From NCBI RefSeq assembly GCF_009914755.1, contig NC_060927.1: a stretch of 64,000 bases of DNA. The stretch is one strand, 5' to 3'. Positions 49,301 through 63,069 of the stretch are shown one piece after another. The first letter of the stretch is position 1. The number at the start of each line of letters is the position of its first letter. This DNA comes from the human T2T-CHM13v2.0 reference genome, Homo sapiens. Position numbers and translations under genes: made by a program. The notes beneath the pieces are model-generated. The model was not told the origin of the DNA. It saw only the letters and a program-made list of their open reading frames with translations, and made no database searches.

Positions 49301-51196
49301 AGCACCCTCAATGACATGACCAAATACCCAGAAGGCCTTAATGTTTTCTCAGAAATTAAATATTTTCAGATGATTTGAATATCCTCAAATGTTCAGGAGC
49401 ACATAGAAAACAAGAAACTAAATGAACTGAATTGGCTTTATTTAATGGATATACATTGTTTAACCTACCAACATTATAAAGCAATAAGCATGCAGAGAAT
49501 TTGTATTATTTTGTTTTGTATCTGCCTATGATATCCTGTGCTGACTTAATGACACCTAACCACATTTTATAGAGAATCATATCATTCAAAAAATATTTTA
49601 GTGATTTATCCTATGTTTCTGAAAGAGCATTTATCTAGTTTGTTCAAGATGAGTCTGATCATATCTTTATATACCAACTCTGTCATATGAAATATCATTA
49701 CAATTTATATTTAGAATGATAAAAACAGCATATAAATTTTTGCTGAAAAAGTCACTCATTGATCAAAATAGCACCCTGCTTGAATCTCTTCTTAGAAAAT
49801 TGGAGGGCAGAAAAAGATGTCTGTGGCCACACATTTGCTAATGGTTGAGGAATTAAGCAAAGATTTCAGATAGTGATGCTAAATTATCTTAATAGTTGAA
49901 TTTGTTTTCTACTTTATGTTCCATTGTAGACTACCATTTGTCTTTAACATGATGAAAATTTATATAATTTGTCCTCAAGAGATAATCAGTTATGATCAAT
50001 TCTAAACCAGTTTCCCCAAAGAGATTACTAATAAACAATATAATTTTTTATATTAAATTCATTTAAGAAACATCAGCCAATTTATACTAGTTCCGTCCAT
50101 GGTTTTGATAACTATCATTGTTCTTAGTTTTAATAATTAAAGACAAGGAGTACTGAATGATTCTATATCCACCTATAATGCAGTTTAAGTTTATGGTAAT
50201 TATGATTTCAATAGGGACAATTTAACCATCAACACCCTTAAAATATAGCTGAAAATATACAGTAATTTGAATGTTTGCCTTAACTCTAAAATATGTAGAA
50301 AACAAATTTCTGTGTCACTACTAGACTAGAAGAGAAAAGACATATGAAGAAATTTGATTAGCCTCAGACTAACCTAATTGCTAAAAGCAATTGATTTATT
50401 AACAATTGATTTAAAAGTGAGTTTTCACATTTTAAGTAAACTTTAAAAAAATAGTATTTTCACATTAGAAATTGAATTTATTTTATTACCACTTTAGGAA
50501 AATAAAAGTGGTTGAGTACTTTTATTATAAAAGTATATAGTACTCAAAAGTATATAGTACTTTTATTATAAAGATATAAAGATACTTTATATCTTTATTT
50601 TTTCATTATATTAGATATTATTTTATTGCTATCATTATGAAATAGCTGTTACACAAAATGAAGCAACCAATCAATTGATATGATAATATTAATGAATGAT
50701 AACATCTATCCTACACTAGATGTGAAGAATCATTGAAGAATGAAGTCAGTACGTCTTAAAATAACAATTTTTAAAGTTCTCAGATTGCTTAAATTAGGAT
50801 GCAATTTCTATTTTAATTTGTATTTGCATCTTTACAAAGATGTAATAGCAATTAAACTGCACAGACATATAAAACATGTAAGTAAAGGTAAGTACTGTGC
50901 ATTAAATAAATCATGTACTTTTAAAAAATAATTGAGAGTAATCACATTTGCACTTCATAAATTCTGTATTCCAACCCATTTGTACCCATATATTTTGAAA
51001 TTTTACATCTGCCCTTTCACCATTATTTGACACCCTGTTCAGTAACAATCTACTTGAACCCAAGAAGCTAAAGCAGTCAGAACATTCATAACTTTCAACG
51101 AATTCTAATTGAGCAATAATAAAACCCTGAGCCCTCTACCGAATTATCAAGAGTTTATCGGTTGCTCTGTCAATAACTGCATTGTGTTCTATTTAC

Positions 51197-51327
51197 CAGT
51201 TTCCGCATTTCAGAATGAAAGATGCTTCTTTCTATTAAAGTGAGTTAGGGATTATATTCTGTAAGAACCACTATGGGTGATGGACGCCTAAGTGATCTCC
51301 CGCTGCCGGCCTTGGACCGTGAAGCAG
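51197..51327 (-). ncRNA. Candidate exon (3' boundary uncertain; may be terminal)
   Basis: Minus-strand acceptor 'ttagtattctcag|CTG', possible donor 'CTG|gtaaat', local CpG retention. Confidence 0.25.
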
Positions 51328-51768
51328 CTGAGAATACTAATAGCAACAAAGCATGAGTAGTTTTTGCTAGTTTAAGATCGTACTAGTCTCCATTGATGTA
51401 AACAGGGATTTGATGGATGCAATGATCTGTATGTTCACCACAAGCAGCACATAAAACTTATTTTAAATTGTTTATCCTCTTAGATTTCATTTGAAATGTA
51501 AAATGGACTGTGACTGAACTGATGGTAATATTGGAATATGACTTTGAGGCACACAATTAAACTAACACACAGCTTCTTTGTCACAGTGTCTTACTTTGTG
51601 TTAGTTTTCATCCCCACAGACTTTACTGAGAAGAAAACGAAATTTTAAAAGAGAAAAATGAAAGGAAAAAACAATGATGCTCAGGGAAGACCTACTGCTT
51701 CAAATCAGGGATGAAGAGAGAATATAGCAATTTTGGCTACAGAAGCAGCATTTAGGGCCCTGACATAC

Positions 51769-51842
51769 CTGCTGATTTTCACACCACATTCCATCAGCGT
51801 GTACATGTCTGGGATATGCAGTACCTTTAGCTAGTGACTCTC
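51769..51842 (-). ncRNA. Candidate 74-nt internal exon
   Basis: Minus strand: 'cttaaaacgctttttctctatag|GAGAG...CAGCAG|gtatgt'; branch-like motif, pyrimidine tract and strong donor in apparently unique sequence. Confidence 0.45.
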
Positions 51843-52440
51843 CTATAGAGAAAAAGCGTTTTAAGATTCTCTTCTCTGTGGAGCCCTCCTCTCCAGAATT
51901 CACAAAATGTACTCCTATTTTCCAGACTCAGCATTTGTTTCTGTTTTGTTTTGCTACTGAAGAATAGTTCTGATGTTTTGACCTAGAAATGGCACCCCTG
52001 GAGTGAATCGTTGTAACAGTAACTAATGTGAAAAGTTGATTTGCAGATTTTCCTGTGTGAAATGCTCATTTCATGACATTATAACAAAGCATTTCTTTCA
52101 GCATCAGAAGAATAAAGGATTGACATTTATAGAGACTAAAATGCTGAAATTGTTGAAAGGAAAAGTAAGAACCAGGAAATAAAACAATAAGTATTTCTCA
52201 CCAATACTTTCATATCTATTTGATTAGCCCAACCTGGTACCAGCTGAATGGCATCATGCCTTCCTGGCAAATGCCAAATATCAGGGACCCATCATATCAG
52301 AGCCAAACCATGGAGCTTAATCATTTTATAAATCAGATTTGCTTCAGTGATAACAAAAACAATTTACGTTTGAATTAGAGCTATTCCTCAGATGCCCTTT
52401 TATAGGAGCAGCCCTACCAGATTTGTCTTTCTCTAAACTC

Positions 52441-52749
52441 TTTTTTTTTTTTTTGGGGGGCGGGGGGATGGAGTCTTGCTCTGTCGCACAGGCTGGAGTG
52501 CAGCGATCTCGGCTCACTGCAAACTCCACCTCCTGGGTTCAAGCAATTCTCTTGCCTCAGCTTCCCGAGCAGCTGGGATTACATGCGTGCACCACCACGC
52601 CAGGCTATTTTTTTTTTTTTTTTTGTATTTTAATAGAGACGGGGTTTCGCCACGTTTCCCAGGCTGGTCTTGAACTCCTGACCTAGTGATCTGCCCTCCT
52701 TAGCCTCCCAAAGTGCTGGGATTACAGGCGTGAGCCACCGCATCCAGCC
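52441..52749 (-). mobile_element. AluS (Sx/Sg-like)
   Basis: Full dimer, G-run at the tail junction, TSD core 'tctctaaa'. Confidence 0.95.
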
Positions 52750-53779
52750 TCTCTAAATTATTTTAATCCAAACTATTTCCTTTCCTCTTTTTGGTCCATC
52801 ACTTACTCAGTAACGTATGTTTATCTCCACTCCTCTCAAACCCAGTGCTGTTTCAAGACCTTTTGTTATTTCTTTATCATCCAAGCTCTTCTCTCCCTAG
52901 GCTATGTTCTGGATCTTGATTTCCAATATACCCAGTGGAAAAATCTCATTGCCAGCCATCTTCCACAAACCCTTTAAACTAAGTTATTGACGGCAGATAA
53001 GTCTAAATGTGTTGCTCCTTATCGGAACAAACATCCTACTTCAAATTAATTTTTTTAAAAAAGGAAAAGAAAGGTACTACCTATCAAGGCAGTATATGAT
53101 GCCCCTCGAATGTCACCAAAATGTCTTTTCTCATGAAGCACATTTGAAATAACCCTCCCCAAGAGGAGTATCTAAAAAAGGAGTTTATGGAGCTAACATG
53201 CATACCAAAAGGGTGAGGACAAATCCCCAGTAAGCTTATATTGCAGCTTTAAGGATTGGTTAAAGAATTTCATCTTTGCTTCTGGGAGAAGGTGGTACAT
53301 TATATTAAAATAGCAGACATCTGCATAAGTTGAATTATATTTCTAGTATAAAAGCCAAATATCAGATAATTTGCCGACAAGAGTAAATAACATTGATTCA
53401 AACATTAGCTTTTTTTAGGCTATATGTTCTTTTCCAAAACACCATTGTGGTTATTTCTAGCAAATGCTACTTTTATAGGTTAGTGATAAATATGCCATTA
53501 TTTTGGACCACAGACTTATCAGTAGAGCTTCTAAAGCCCAGCCATTTCTCAATTAACTCTTTCTTAGTCACTAGCCTAGTGGTAGATGATGGTAGAGAAT
53601 GAATGTCTGCAACTTCTCTCTATCACCTTTGTATACTGCACAAGAGATACTCCTCAGACAGATAATCACTGAAATAGAAGTCTGTCAGTACAAAAATCAG
53701 TTTAGTGCCTGCCATAAAAATGTTATTCCTCATCTTTAGTCACTGCTGAAAATTATACTAATATAGACACAATCATAAG

Positions 53780-54115
53780 CATAATACATTTCATTTCTAT
53801 AGTACTTCACAGTTTTTACAAAGTTTACTCATTATCTTATTTGAAGCTCAAAACAACTCCATGGTGTTTATAGATTTTTTAAACTGTACAGATAAAGATT
53901 AATGAGTTATGTAAGAGTATGGGTTTTATATAGCTTATACATTGTAAAATATTCTAACCTGAAAAATGTATCATTGGACTATATTTTAGAATTATATTGC
54001 ATTTCTTATAATCTCTCTCTTAGTTTATGAAGAGAGATAGGCACATTTAATAACAAAACAAAACTAGATCTAGAATCCAGATTTTCTAATTCTTTACTCA
54101 AGTGCTCATTAGGCT
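53780..54115 (-). mobile_element. MIR fragments
   Basis: 'ttatcttatttgaagctcaaaacaactcc', 'tacagataaag', 'actagatctagaatccagattttctaa'. Confidence 0.5.
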
Positions 54116-54709
54116 GCTGTATGCACTCCATGCCAAGATACTCCAACCCTTAATTAAAACGAACGATCCCCAGCATCAATTCAGTACCCAAAGCTGCCAA
54201 TACTGCCACTCTTTGATATCCATGCCAAAACGTTATCAATGACTGTGGATTTCAACATGTGGCCTCTTGAATTACCGTAAAGTATTCATGGAGCTCCCAC
54301 AGTGTTCAATGGCATTGTTTTAGACCCTACCGAGGGAAGTGTACTTTTCCTACTAGGAAGAGGTCATAAAAATCAGTGACCATCAGATAATAATTATGCC
54401 CAGTTTTAATTAACATCAATTCTATAATGGTGATAGGAGATTTTAAGGCTAGAAGCAGAATCAGATAATAAAGACACAGTATTTATTTTATTAAATATAT
54501 TACTTTAATCAGATTTCATCTTTAATAATTTGTATTACATGAACATTTCATTTTTTCCTATGATCTAATATTATTTTCTAAAAGTAACCTGTTGGAAGAA
54601 TTGTCTTTCCAAATATAATTGCAAATAACGTATTTCATTAGTAGAGCTTTATACATTTTCCAAAAAAAAATGCTTGTATTTATGCTTTTCATGTTTAATA
54701 TAAATTTTG

Positions 54710-54830
54710 ATGCTAGAAGTGAGGCAGTATTATAACAACTTTAGAGATGAGGACACAGAGGATTAGATTTACCATCTCTCAACTACTAGATAATGGCAAA
54801 AAAAGCTTTTAAAAATCAAGTCTTAAGGCA
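54710..54830 (-). mobile_element. MIR core fragment
   Basis: 'tattata...ctttagagatgaggacacagagg'. Confidence 0.5.
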
Positions 54831-55349
54831 AAAATTCACATTTTCAAAAGGATTTTGGAGACGCACGGTTTTTGACTGTGTCTAGTGTTGACTTGAGGCA
54901 GTTCTTCCACTAATACACTAATAGGTCGCTGTTGTAATTGAGGAATATAAAACCACAAATATAAGCTAGGAATATACAAATATAAATGTCAGGCATGTCC
55001 AGTAACAGAATTAGAAAAATTGTAGATGTTGCTCATTGTTATTTTCTATTTCACTCCCATAGAAATATACACTGGATGATAATTATGTTTGGAGTGTATA
55101 TGCCAGGAAGTAAATTTAGCAATTCACCTCATGATGGGTTCTGTTAAAGAAACAAAAACACCGATGGAGACACAACCTCAGGATAGACTAATATAATTTC
55201 CCTGGATCCTTTATATGTTCTTAGAATTTCCTGTAATTCAAAGATTTATCTCTATGCCAACACATATTTTAAATCAATTGTCAGGGTCTTTTTAAGCACA
55301 TATTAACCGAAAGTTTTATCATAAGTTCTTTTTATAGAAAGAAAATGGG

Positions 55350-55716
<367 letters not shown>

Positions 55717-57560
55717 CTATGATCTGCCATTCACTTAAAGATTATTCATAGCAGCAAGGCAGTGAGATGGATGAAAATTTGGGAGTGATTGAATCCAGTG
55801 ACATAGCAACAAATACCAAATATCTGTGGAGGTACTGCCAGTGGAAGCACACTAACAAAAACCATACTGTGGCAGAATTTGGTTGTTCTTTGATCCCTGG
55901 TCTTTATCAGAGTATGTTATCCCAAACAAATTTTGATTCTGACTTAATTTTTTTTTTTTTTTTTTGCCCAAAGAAGTTAACTTCAATAGTTTGTTTATAG
56001 TTTGCAATTAAGATTTATGACAAATTCAGAACTAGGTGATTAAAAAGAGGTGGTGTGTCTGTGTATGTATGTGTATTTGTGTATGTGAGAGAGAGAGAGA
56101 CAGTATGCGTACAGCCTGTGAGCATACACAGTACATTGTGAGAAATTTGCTTGCATTAATTCATTCTTCAGTTGTAAAATACGTCTTCAGTGTGTTCTTA
56201 TCAATGATCTTTTAGCTGAATAGAAAACAATTCAAGTCGGCTGATTGTGAAAAGATTCACAAAACAAAAGAATTGCCTTTGCATTGGAGAGACACATATT
56301 CCTCTGTAAAAGGATAAAAGAAAGTAAGAATGGAGGGCAGATGTGGCTATATTTAAAGGGAACAGGCAGATAGCTAAGGGTCTTGATGCTGCTCTGTTCC
56401 TTTATCTCACAGGGAATTCTTGATCGATAAGACAGAGCATTTGAACTCTGGGTCTCTGCTTCTCTGCTTTGAATGTTAGCGATATAAAATGTGAAAAATG
56501 TCAAAAGATCCCAGTTTTACGGGAATAATCAAAAGTGTGACCTTGCTATTGTAGATAGTAACATGACAAGCTTGATTATCTCCCTCTTTCTCCTGATTCA
56601 TCAATTTTTTCCTCTCTTGCTCCTGTACCATTCCCACCAGAACAGAAACATGCTATACTATTATCCCTTTAAAAACCTATTTTTCCCATGTGCCCTTCTA
56701 GCCACTAAAATTTCTTCCATTTTTTTAAGCAAATGTTGTCCAAATAGGTTTCCCTCCTTGCTGTCTGTACTTTTCCAGTTCCCATTCTCTCTCATCTGGA
56801 TTTCTTCCAGCCCCTTCTCCTGATTTAATCTCAACAAATCATAAATTACTGTCGTGTTGTCATATCTGCTGGTCACTCCTGAATGTTTGTCTCTGTCAAT
56901 CCATCAGCAGCCTGATGAAGTGATCCCTCCTATACTCATGAATCTTCATCTTCACTTGGCCTTCATGAGATCACATGCAACTGGTGTTTCTCAGCCTCAC
57001 TGATCATCCATATTTAGGTTCCTTTCTGAATCCTTATAATCTACCTAAACTTTAAATGCCGAATTACCTTGGAACTTTTGTATTAGCTATACTCATTCCC
57101 TAGGTAATATTTAGTCACATGGCTTTGAATAATAAATCTATAGACCAGCTCTCAAATATGTGCCTGTAAAAACAACCTCATTCCTATCTATAGACTTAGT
57201 CCAAATGTCCACTCAAAATGTCCCTTTTGATATATAATTGGTAAATTAATTTATATATATATACATACATATAAAATTGGGAAGTCAAGCTTAACTAAAT
57301 TTGAACCACCCTCAAATCTCTTACTTCTAAAATCTTGTGCATTTCAATAAAGGTTACTCAAGCCACTGTTGGAGTTGTTTATGACTTTTCTCTCTTGCTC
57401 ACACTCAAAATTCAATCTGTTAGCAAAATCCTGTCACTGAAACTCAAAATACATCCCAAACTCAACCACTGCTCATCACCTCCAGCCTTATGCAAGCAAT
57501 CATTGTCTTGCTTATGCTACCATGTATCTGATCTCCCTGGTTCTACTGGTGCATCTCTTT

Positions 57561-58103
57561 CTCTTCTTTTTTGTAGTTATAAACAATTTTTATTATTGTT
57601 ATTATACTTTAAGTTCTGGGATACATGTGCAGAATGTGCAGGTTTGTTACATAGGTACACATATATCATGGTGGTTTGCTGCACCCATCTACCCATCATC
57701 TACATTAGGTATTTCTCCTGATGCTATCCCTCCCCTAGCTCCTCACCTGCCAACAGGCCCTGGTGTGTGATGTTCCCCTACCTGTGTCCATATGTTCTTA
57801 TTGTTCAACTCCCACTTATGAGTGAGAACATGCAATGTTTGGTTTTCTGTTGTGTTAGTTTGCTGAGAATGATGGTTTCCAGCTTCATCAGTGTCCCTGC
57901 AAAGGACATGAACTCATCCTTTTTTATGGCTGCATTGAATTCCATGGTGTGTATACGCCACATTATCTTTATCCAGTCTATCACTGATGGGCATTTGGAT
58001 TGGTTCCAACTCTTTGCTATTGTGACTAGTGCTGCAATAAATAGATGTGTGCATGTGCCTTTATAGCAGAATGATTTATAATCCTTTGGGTATATACCCA
58101 GTA
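57561..58103 (-). mobile_element. L1PA7-like 3' fragment with a double A-tail
   Basis: 'aagttctgggatacatgtgcagaatgtgcagg', 'catctacattaggtatttctcc'. TSD 'tactggtgc..ctcttt' at 57544-57560 and 58102-58116. Confidence 0.93.
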
Positions 58104-58609
58104 CTGGTGCCTCTTTACAGATTCTTTTGTACACATTAGTCACAATTCTCTATCATAGGCTGTAATATTCATTCATCTATTTAAATAGCTCTTGTGGTTT
58201 CCTACATAGCTCAAAACATGCACAACTTCTAGCATGGCGTACAGGGTCCCATGGATTTAAATGTATCCCTCCACCCACTCCCTCCACCATCACTATCAAT
58301 CAGTCATCATCTCTGACCACTATTCCATATCTCACACCACTCATCTCACTAGCCTCCTTACTGTTCCTCATCCTGCTTTAGGGACCTTTGCACTTGCTGT
58401 TGCTTTTGACTTCATCACCCAGAGACCTCATGACTTATTTTTTTTACTAGCTTCATGTCTCTGCTCAAATGTTATTTAATCAGAGACTCCTGAAAACTCT
58501 GTAAAACAGCATACTTCCCCAGTCTGTCTGTCCTATTTCTCATTATTTATTTTCTATAATCTGTTACCACTTGAAATAATTTGTGTATGGTATGTTTCAT
58601 CCTCTAAAG

Positions 58610-58817
58610 CAAGCTTGTCCAACCCGTGCCCCAGGATGGCTATCAATGTGGCCAAGCACAAATTCATAAACTTTTTTAAAATGTTAGATGTTTTTGCAAT
58701 TTTTATTTTTTAAAATAAGCTCATTAGCTATTGTAAGTGTTAGTGTATTTTATGTGTGGCCCAAGAGAATTCTTCTTCAAATGTGGCCCAGGATAGCCAA
58801 GAGATTGGACACCTCTG
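58610..58817 (-). mobile_element. MER30 hAT-Charlie MITE
   Basis: TIRs 'caagcttgtccaa' and 'ttggacacctctg'; perfect 8-bp TSD 'ctctaaag' (58602-58609 and 58818-58825). Confidence 0.93.
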
Positions 58818-59309
58818 CTCTAAAGGGCAAGCTGCATAAAGAAGGCAATATATATATATATTTTTTAACAGCAGTATCTCCAGTGCTTACAATGATTCTT
58901 TTGTGCATTGCAGCATAGTGATAACACAGTAACATCGTAAACCAGCAATTAATTTACATTCCCACCAACAGGAGGTTTATCTTTTCTCTAAATCCTTGCC
59001 AGCATTTGTTACTAATCCTTATTTAGAAACTCATAAAGAATGAAGGATTATGTTTATTTGGACTATATACTACAAGTGATTTCAATGAAGTTTGAGCCAT
59101 GAGTGAGGAAACTACAAAAATAAGAAGATGCCATTTCACAAGTGGGGCAAAGATGATTTTTCTAGAATGTGATTTTACTATAATTTTGAAATTACTTAGT
59201 GTACCATAATAAAATAGACTCTGTATCATTGAATAATTGAATCTTTTCTAGCTTCTTGGTATTAAACTTTGCTGTAGTGAACATCTGGAAATACATTCTT
59301 ATGAGCTTC

Positions 59310-60370
59310 TCAATTTTTTTATGCTATAAATTCTAGGAAGTAGAACTATTAAAGTATTTGAAATTTTTAAAGTTCTGGACAAATAGCTCAAATGCCCACA
59401 AAGAAATGTATAAAAATGTCTTCTTTTACCAATAGTATATGAAAATTCAAATTTCACCCTCCTATGGACAAACCTAGGCATCATTAAATAAATGCAAAAA
59501 CAAAACCAAAACAGAAACATTTTACTAATATAAGAGGAGATGATATAATTGTTTTCCATTTTGCATTATTAATGATATTGGATATCTTTTTACTGGAGAT
59601 GTTTATATATTTTGTGATTTATCTTCATTTTGGTTCACTTTATTATAAATTCACTTTTATTTTTATATTATCCTCCCTATCTTTTTGTTTTACAAATGTT
59701 TTTGCAAACATTCTTGGCTAATTTACCTTTTAAATTTCGTTTATGATGTTGACATATATGTGTTTAAATATTTCTGGGTTTTTTTCTTTATTTCTTTTTC
59801 CCATTTAACAGTTAGTAGTCTTTTTCCATTCTGAGAGTATTGTGTCTGTGCTTTCTTCTTTATGATTTAATTTTTAATCCATATAAGAATTATTTTGGAG
59901 TTTTCTTAGTCAATTTGTGCCACTATAACAGAATACCTGAGACAGGGTAATTTATAAAGGACAGAAATTTATTTTCTTATCATTCTGGAGGCTATGAAGT
60001 TCAAGATCGAAGTGCTGGGTCTAGTGAGGGCCTTCTTCCTGCATCCTCACCAGGCATACAACAGAAGGGCAGGTTCCCAAACACTCCATGCTTATTTTAT
60101 AAGGTTTTTAATCCCATTTATGAGGAAGAGGCCCTCATGTCATAATTACCTCCTAAAGGCTCCACTTCTTAATACTACCACATCAACCACACCTGAATTT
60201 TGAAGGGAACATATTCTAACCATAGCGGGAATACATTGCAAAATGAGGTTCTTATTTTATTTTTCTCCAAAAGGTTAATCAATTGCTAGACAAGCATTTG
60301 TGAAATAATCCTTTATTTCCCACCCCACCGTTTTTTAATGTCTCCAGCATATTAGTTATATTTTACTGAT
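59310..60370 (-). mobile_element. Ancient L1ME-like ORF2 3' relic, interrupted by an LTR
   Basis: 'taaattctaggaagtagaa', 'ttttgcattattaatgatattg', 'aatccatataagaattattttgg', 'aatcaattgctagacaagcatttgtgaaataatc'. Confidence 0.5.
59901..60227 (-). mobile_element. MSTC/MSTD-like MaLR solo LTR
   Basis: 'cttagtc...tataacagaatacctgagacagggtaatttataaag...ttctggaggct...ggccctcatg...aaccatagc'. Confidence 0.8.
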
Positions 60371-61059
60371 CTCTTTACACATAATCACTAGTATACTACA
60401 ATTTCAACACCCTTGCCTTGCAAACAGTTAGTGGCTATGACTATCTTGCTTACTGTTACAGCTTTAGAACCCAGAAGGCACTCAATAAGTATTTTTAAAT
60501 TATGAATGAGGTGGGAGTTACTGTCATGAGAAACTAGAGAAATTGAAGAGTTTATCTGTGGACTGGCTATGTAACAAGTCAGAGCCTTTGCCTAGATAAC
60601 TGTTTGGCCACCAAGTCCAGACTTCTTAAATGTTCAACAATGGTCTCAACCAGGAAAATGACATACCAGATAAGAAATATTCATTTTTAAGAAACTTGAG
60701 GTAATACTAGGAAAATAAAGTTTTCTCCAAGAGAAGGGTGTTGCAATCTTCACCACCTGCTGGTTAACCGCATTGCTTAGGAAACATGACAAAGTGAATG
60801 TGATGTTTCTTTAAGAATAGCAGATAGCCAGTAGTACTGTTTCTAATATTGTGGTGTGCACTTCTCTGCCTTAGAATACAGTGATGCGTTGAGTAACTCC
60901 TGAACCTAGTCATTAAGGACTTTGTTGGACCTCGCTATGATATCCTGTACTCCAAAGGTCAAAGTTTAGATCTGGAAGTAGAAAAGCTAAAGGATATGGG
61001 ACTGATGTCACTGAATCCAGTCTATCCCCCAAATTAAATCTCCAATTTCTAATACAAGC

Positions 61060-61096
61060 TTGTTTTGTTTTGTTGTTGTTGTTGTTGTTGTTGTTT
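61060..61096. repeat. (TTG)n / (TTTTG)n microsatellite
   Basis: Direct read. Confidence 0.9.
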
Positions 61097-61389
61097 GGTC
61101 ACATTTACCATATAAACCTGGCCAAATACTGTTCCTAGATTAGCCTTTTTTGTTTTCCTCTCCCTGACCCTCCTTACTATCCTTTATTATACTACTTATG
61201 CGAGTATACAGTGATGTCTGTGTGTGCAGTTTCCTCAGGTTTAACTTCTAAAGATTAGGGACTGTGTGTAGCATAAGATGTTATACAGGAAATATTTTAA
61301 TAAATGTTTATTGAACTCAATTAGTCCTGTCATATAATATTGGAACAGCAAAATAAATTTTTTAAATGAAGGTTCCAGTGAATTACATC

Positions 61390-62250
61390 TCAATCATTGA
61401 ATTATAGACTCTAAGAGTTTAAAAAAGTCCTCTTCCAATACTTGAAATTTCATTTCAAATCTTTGTTTCTAATAGTGACCCAAACTCTATTTGACCATAT
61501 AATGATGAGAAGCTTTTGACCTCTGGAATAGCTTATTTCAATACCGGTAAGCTCAGAGTTTAAAAATTCCACCTTTAGATTGGCAAAAACACATCATTCT
61601 TTAGCTCCTACCCAGAACAAGTCTGTGAATTTTTCCTTCTTATGACAACCATTTAAACATATCAAGACAGCTCATGTTTCCTACATCTTTTATTCTTCAG
61701 AAAATAAACATTCCCAGTCTTCCAATGTCTTAATAGTGTGGGGTTTTGACTTCTTTCTTCATTCTTCAAAGGTCACCTGAGCACTACAGAATCAGGCAGG
61801 ACTGTAACCACCACCCTCAACCTTGTCCTTCATTCTCTATTATATTTAAACCAAATCACACAGCTCATACCATGGTCACTGTGAGATGGCTTTAGCACAT
61901 TGTGAACTAAACCCCCTAAATCCTTTGTATATAATAGGATTCTAAAGTGAGCCTGTCCACCTTTAACTAGAAGCCATGCAAATGGACTTTTTTAGACCAA
62001 AGTGAAGAGTTGGTTTATACCCATTAAGTTTTACATGGTTTGATCTGTACATTGTTCCAGCCATGCCAAGATATCTGGGAATCCTGGTCTGTCATCCATT
62101 GTGATTACCTGTCTTCCCTGATTTTTATCACCTCCATACTGGAAGGCCTTATCTTCATCCACTCATTCCAGAGCCAGCACCAGATGTCCTGACTGGATAA
62201 GCCTTTTTTGAGGACCATTTCCTTGATGCTTTCAAAGTACTTTATACTGA
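61390..62250 (-). mobile_element. L3/CR1-like relic
   Basis: 'aactaaaccccctaaatccttt', 'ttttagaccaaagtgaagag...tttatacccattaagtttta', 'ttccagccatgccaagatatctgggaatcctg...ctgtcatcc'. Confidence 0.55.
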
Positions 62251-62482
62251 GGTGAAGTAAGACACTATGAAGTATTGAAACCACACATTGCGTCACTATC
62301 AGCCCGCATAGCTGTAACGGGGGGGAAGCATGTTGGTACCAGAGGCCCAGCTCTTCTCTGTCACCACTTCCTGCTACATGGTCTCTACAGCCATCTCCAG
62401 GTACTCCCATCTTGAAGATACATTGACTTCTGTGGGCCTCTGTCTTGAGATGGATGGCATTTAGGACGGATCCATCAGTAAC
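62109..62482 (-). ncRNA. Candidate 374-nt exon containing a 101-codon ORF
   Basis: Minus strand: 'ctgagttgatttcccgtttctcacacag|GTTACT...GAAGACAG|gtaatc'. ORF 62410-62105 runs open to the donor. Confidence 0.45.
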
Positions 62483-62639
62483 CTGTGTGAGAAACGGGAA
62501 ATCAACTCAGCACATTGCCTACGTGTTCTTAGGAAAAAAAAAAACTATTTTAAATAAACTCTCCAATCGATCTAATTGTATATGATATGGCTAAGGGAGG
62601 ATTACTTAGCAAAGCATGCCCAGGTCCAAACAAATACCA

Positions 62640-63051
62640 ACCAGTCCTTCCACAATATGTTTTGAAAAAAAGAATTATTTCCCATTTGGATAAGCAAAAT
62701 TATTACATTTCTCAGTTCCTGTGTGTCTAGATGATACCTTGAAGCTGATTTCTGACCAGTGAGGTGCTGGTGAAAATGATTCATGCCACATTCCTGCTAC
62801 ACCCAATAATGTCCTTCACAGTCTCCCATATGCTCTCCTTATTCACACAGCTGGACATGAAGGGCTAAGATATGAAGAGCCAGGAGAGGGAAAGAGCACA
62901 GACTTTGAGGTTACTGCCTGGAACAAGGTTGCCAAAAATGCACCTGATCAAGGAAATCTGCAATAGATTTGCTTGAACTGGAAATAAACCTTTAGGATTA
63001 TAGTACATGTATGGAATTTGTTCATTCCAGCAAGAAAACCCTCACTAACAC
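62640..63051 (+). mobile_element. MLT1 (I/J/K-like) solo LTR
   Basis: 'ttacatttctcagttcc...ttctgaccagtgagg...atgccacattcctg', 'gaaataaacctt', terminal 'cactaacaca'. Confidence 0.6.
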
Positions 63052-63069
63052 AATTAGTATAAACTTAGT

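Larger units (their letters stand above)
56560..58900 (+). mobile_element. L2a relic hosting an L1PA and MER30
   Basis: 'tcttcacttggccttcatga', 'tcaatctgttagcaaaatcctgt', 'gggacctttgcacttgctgtt', 'tctctgctcaaatgtt...tcagagac', 'gtatctccagtgctta'. Confidence 0.8.
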
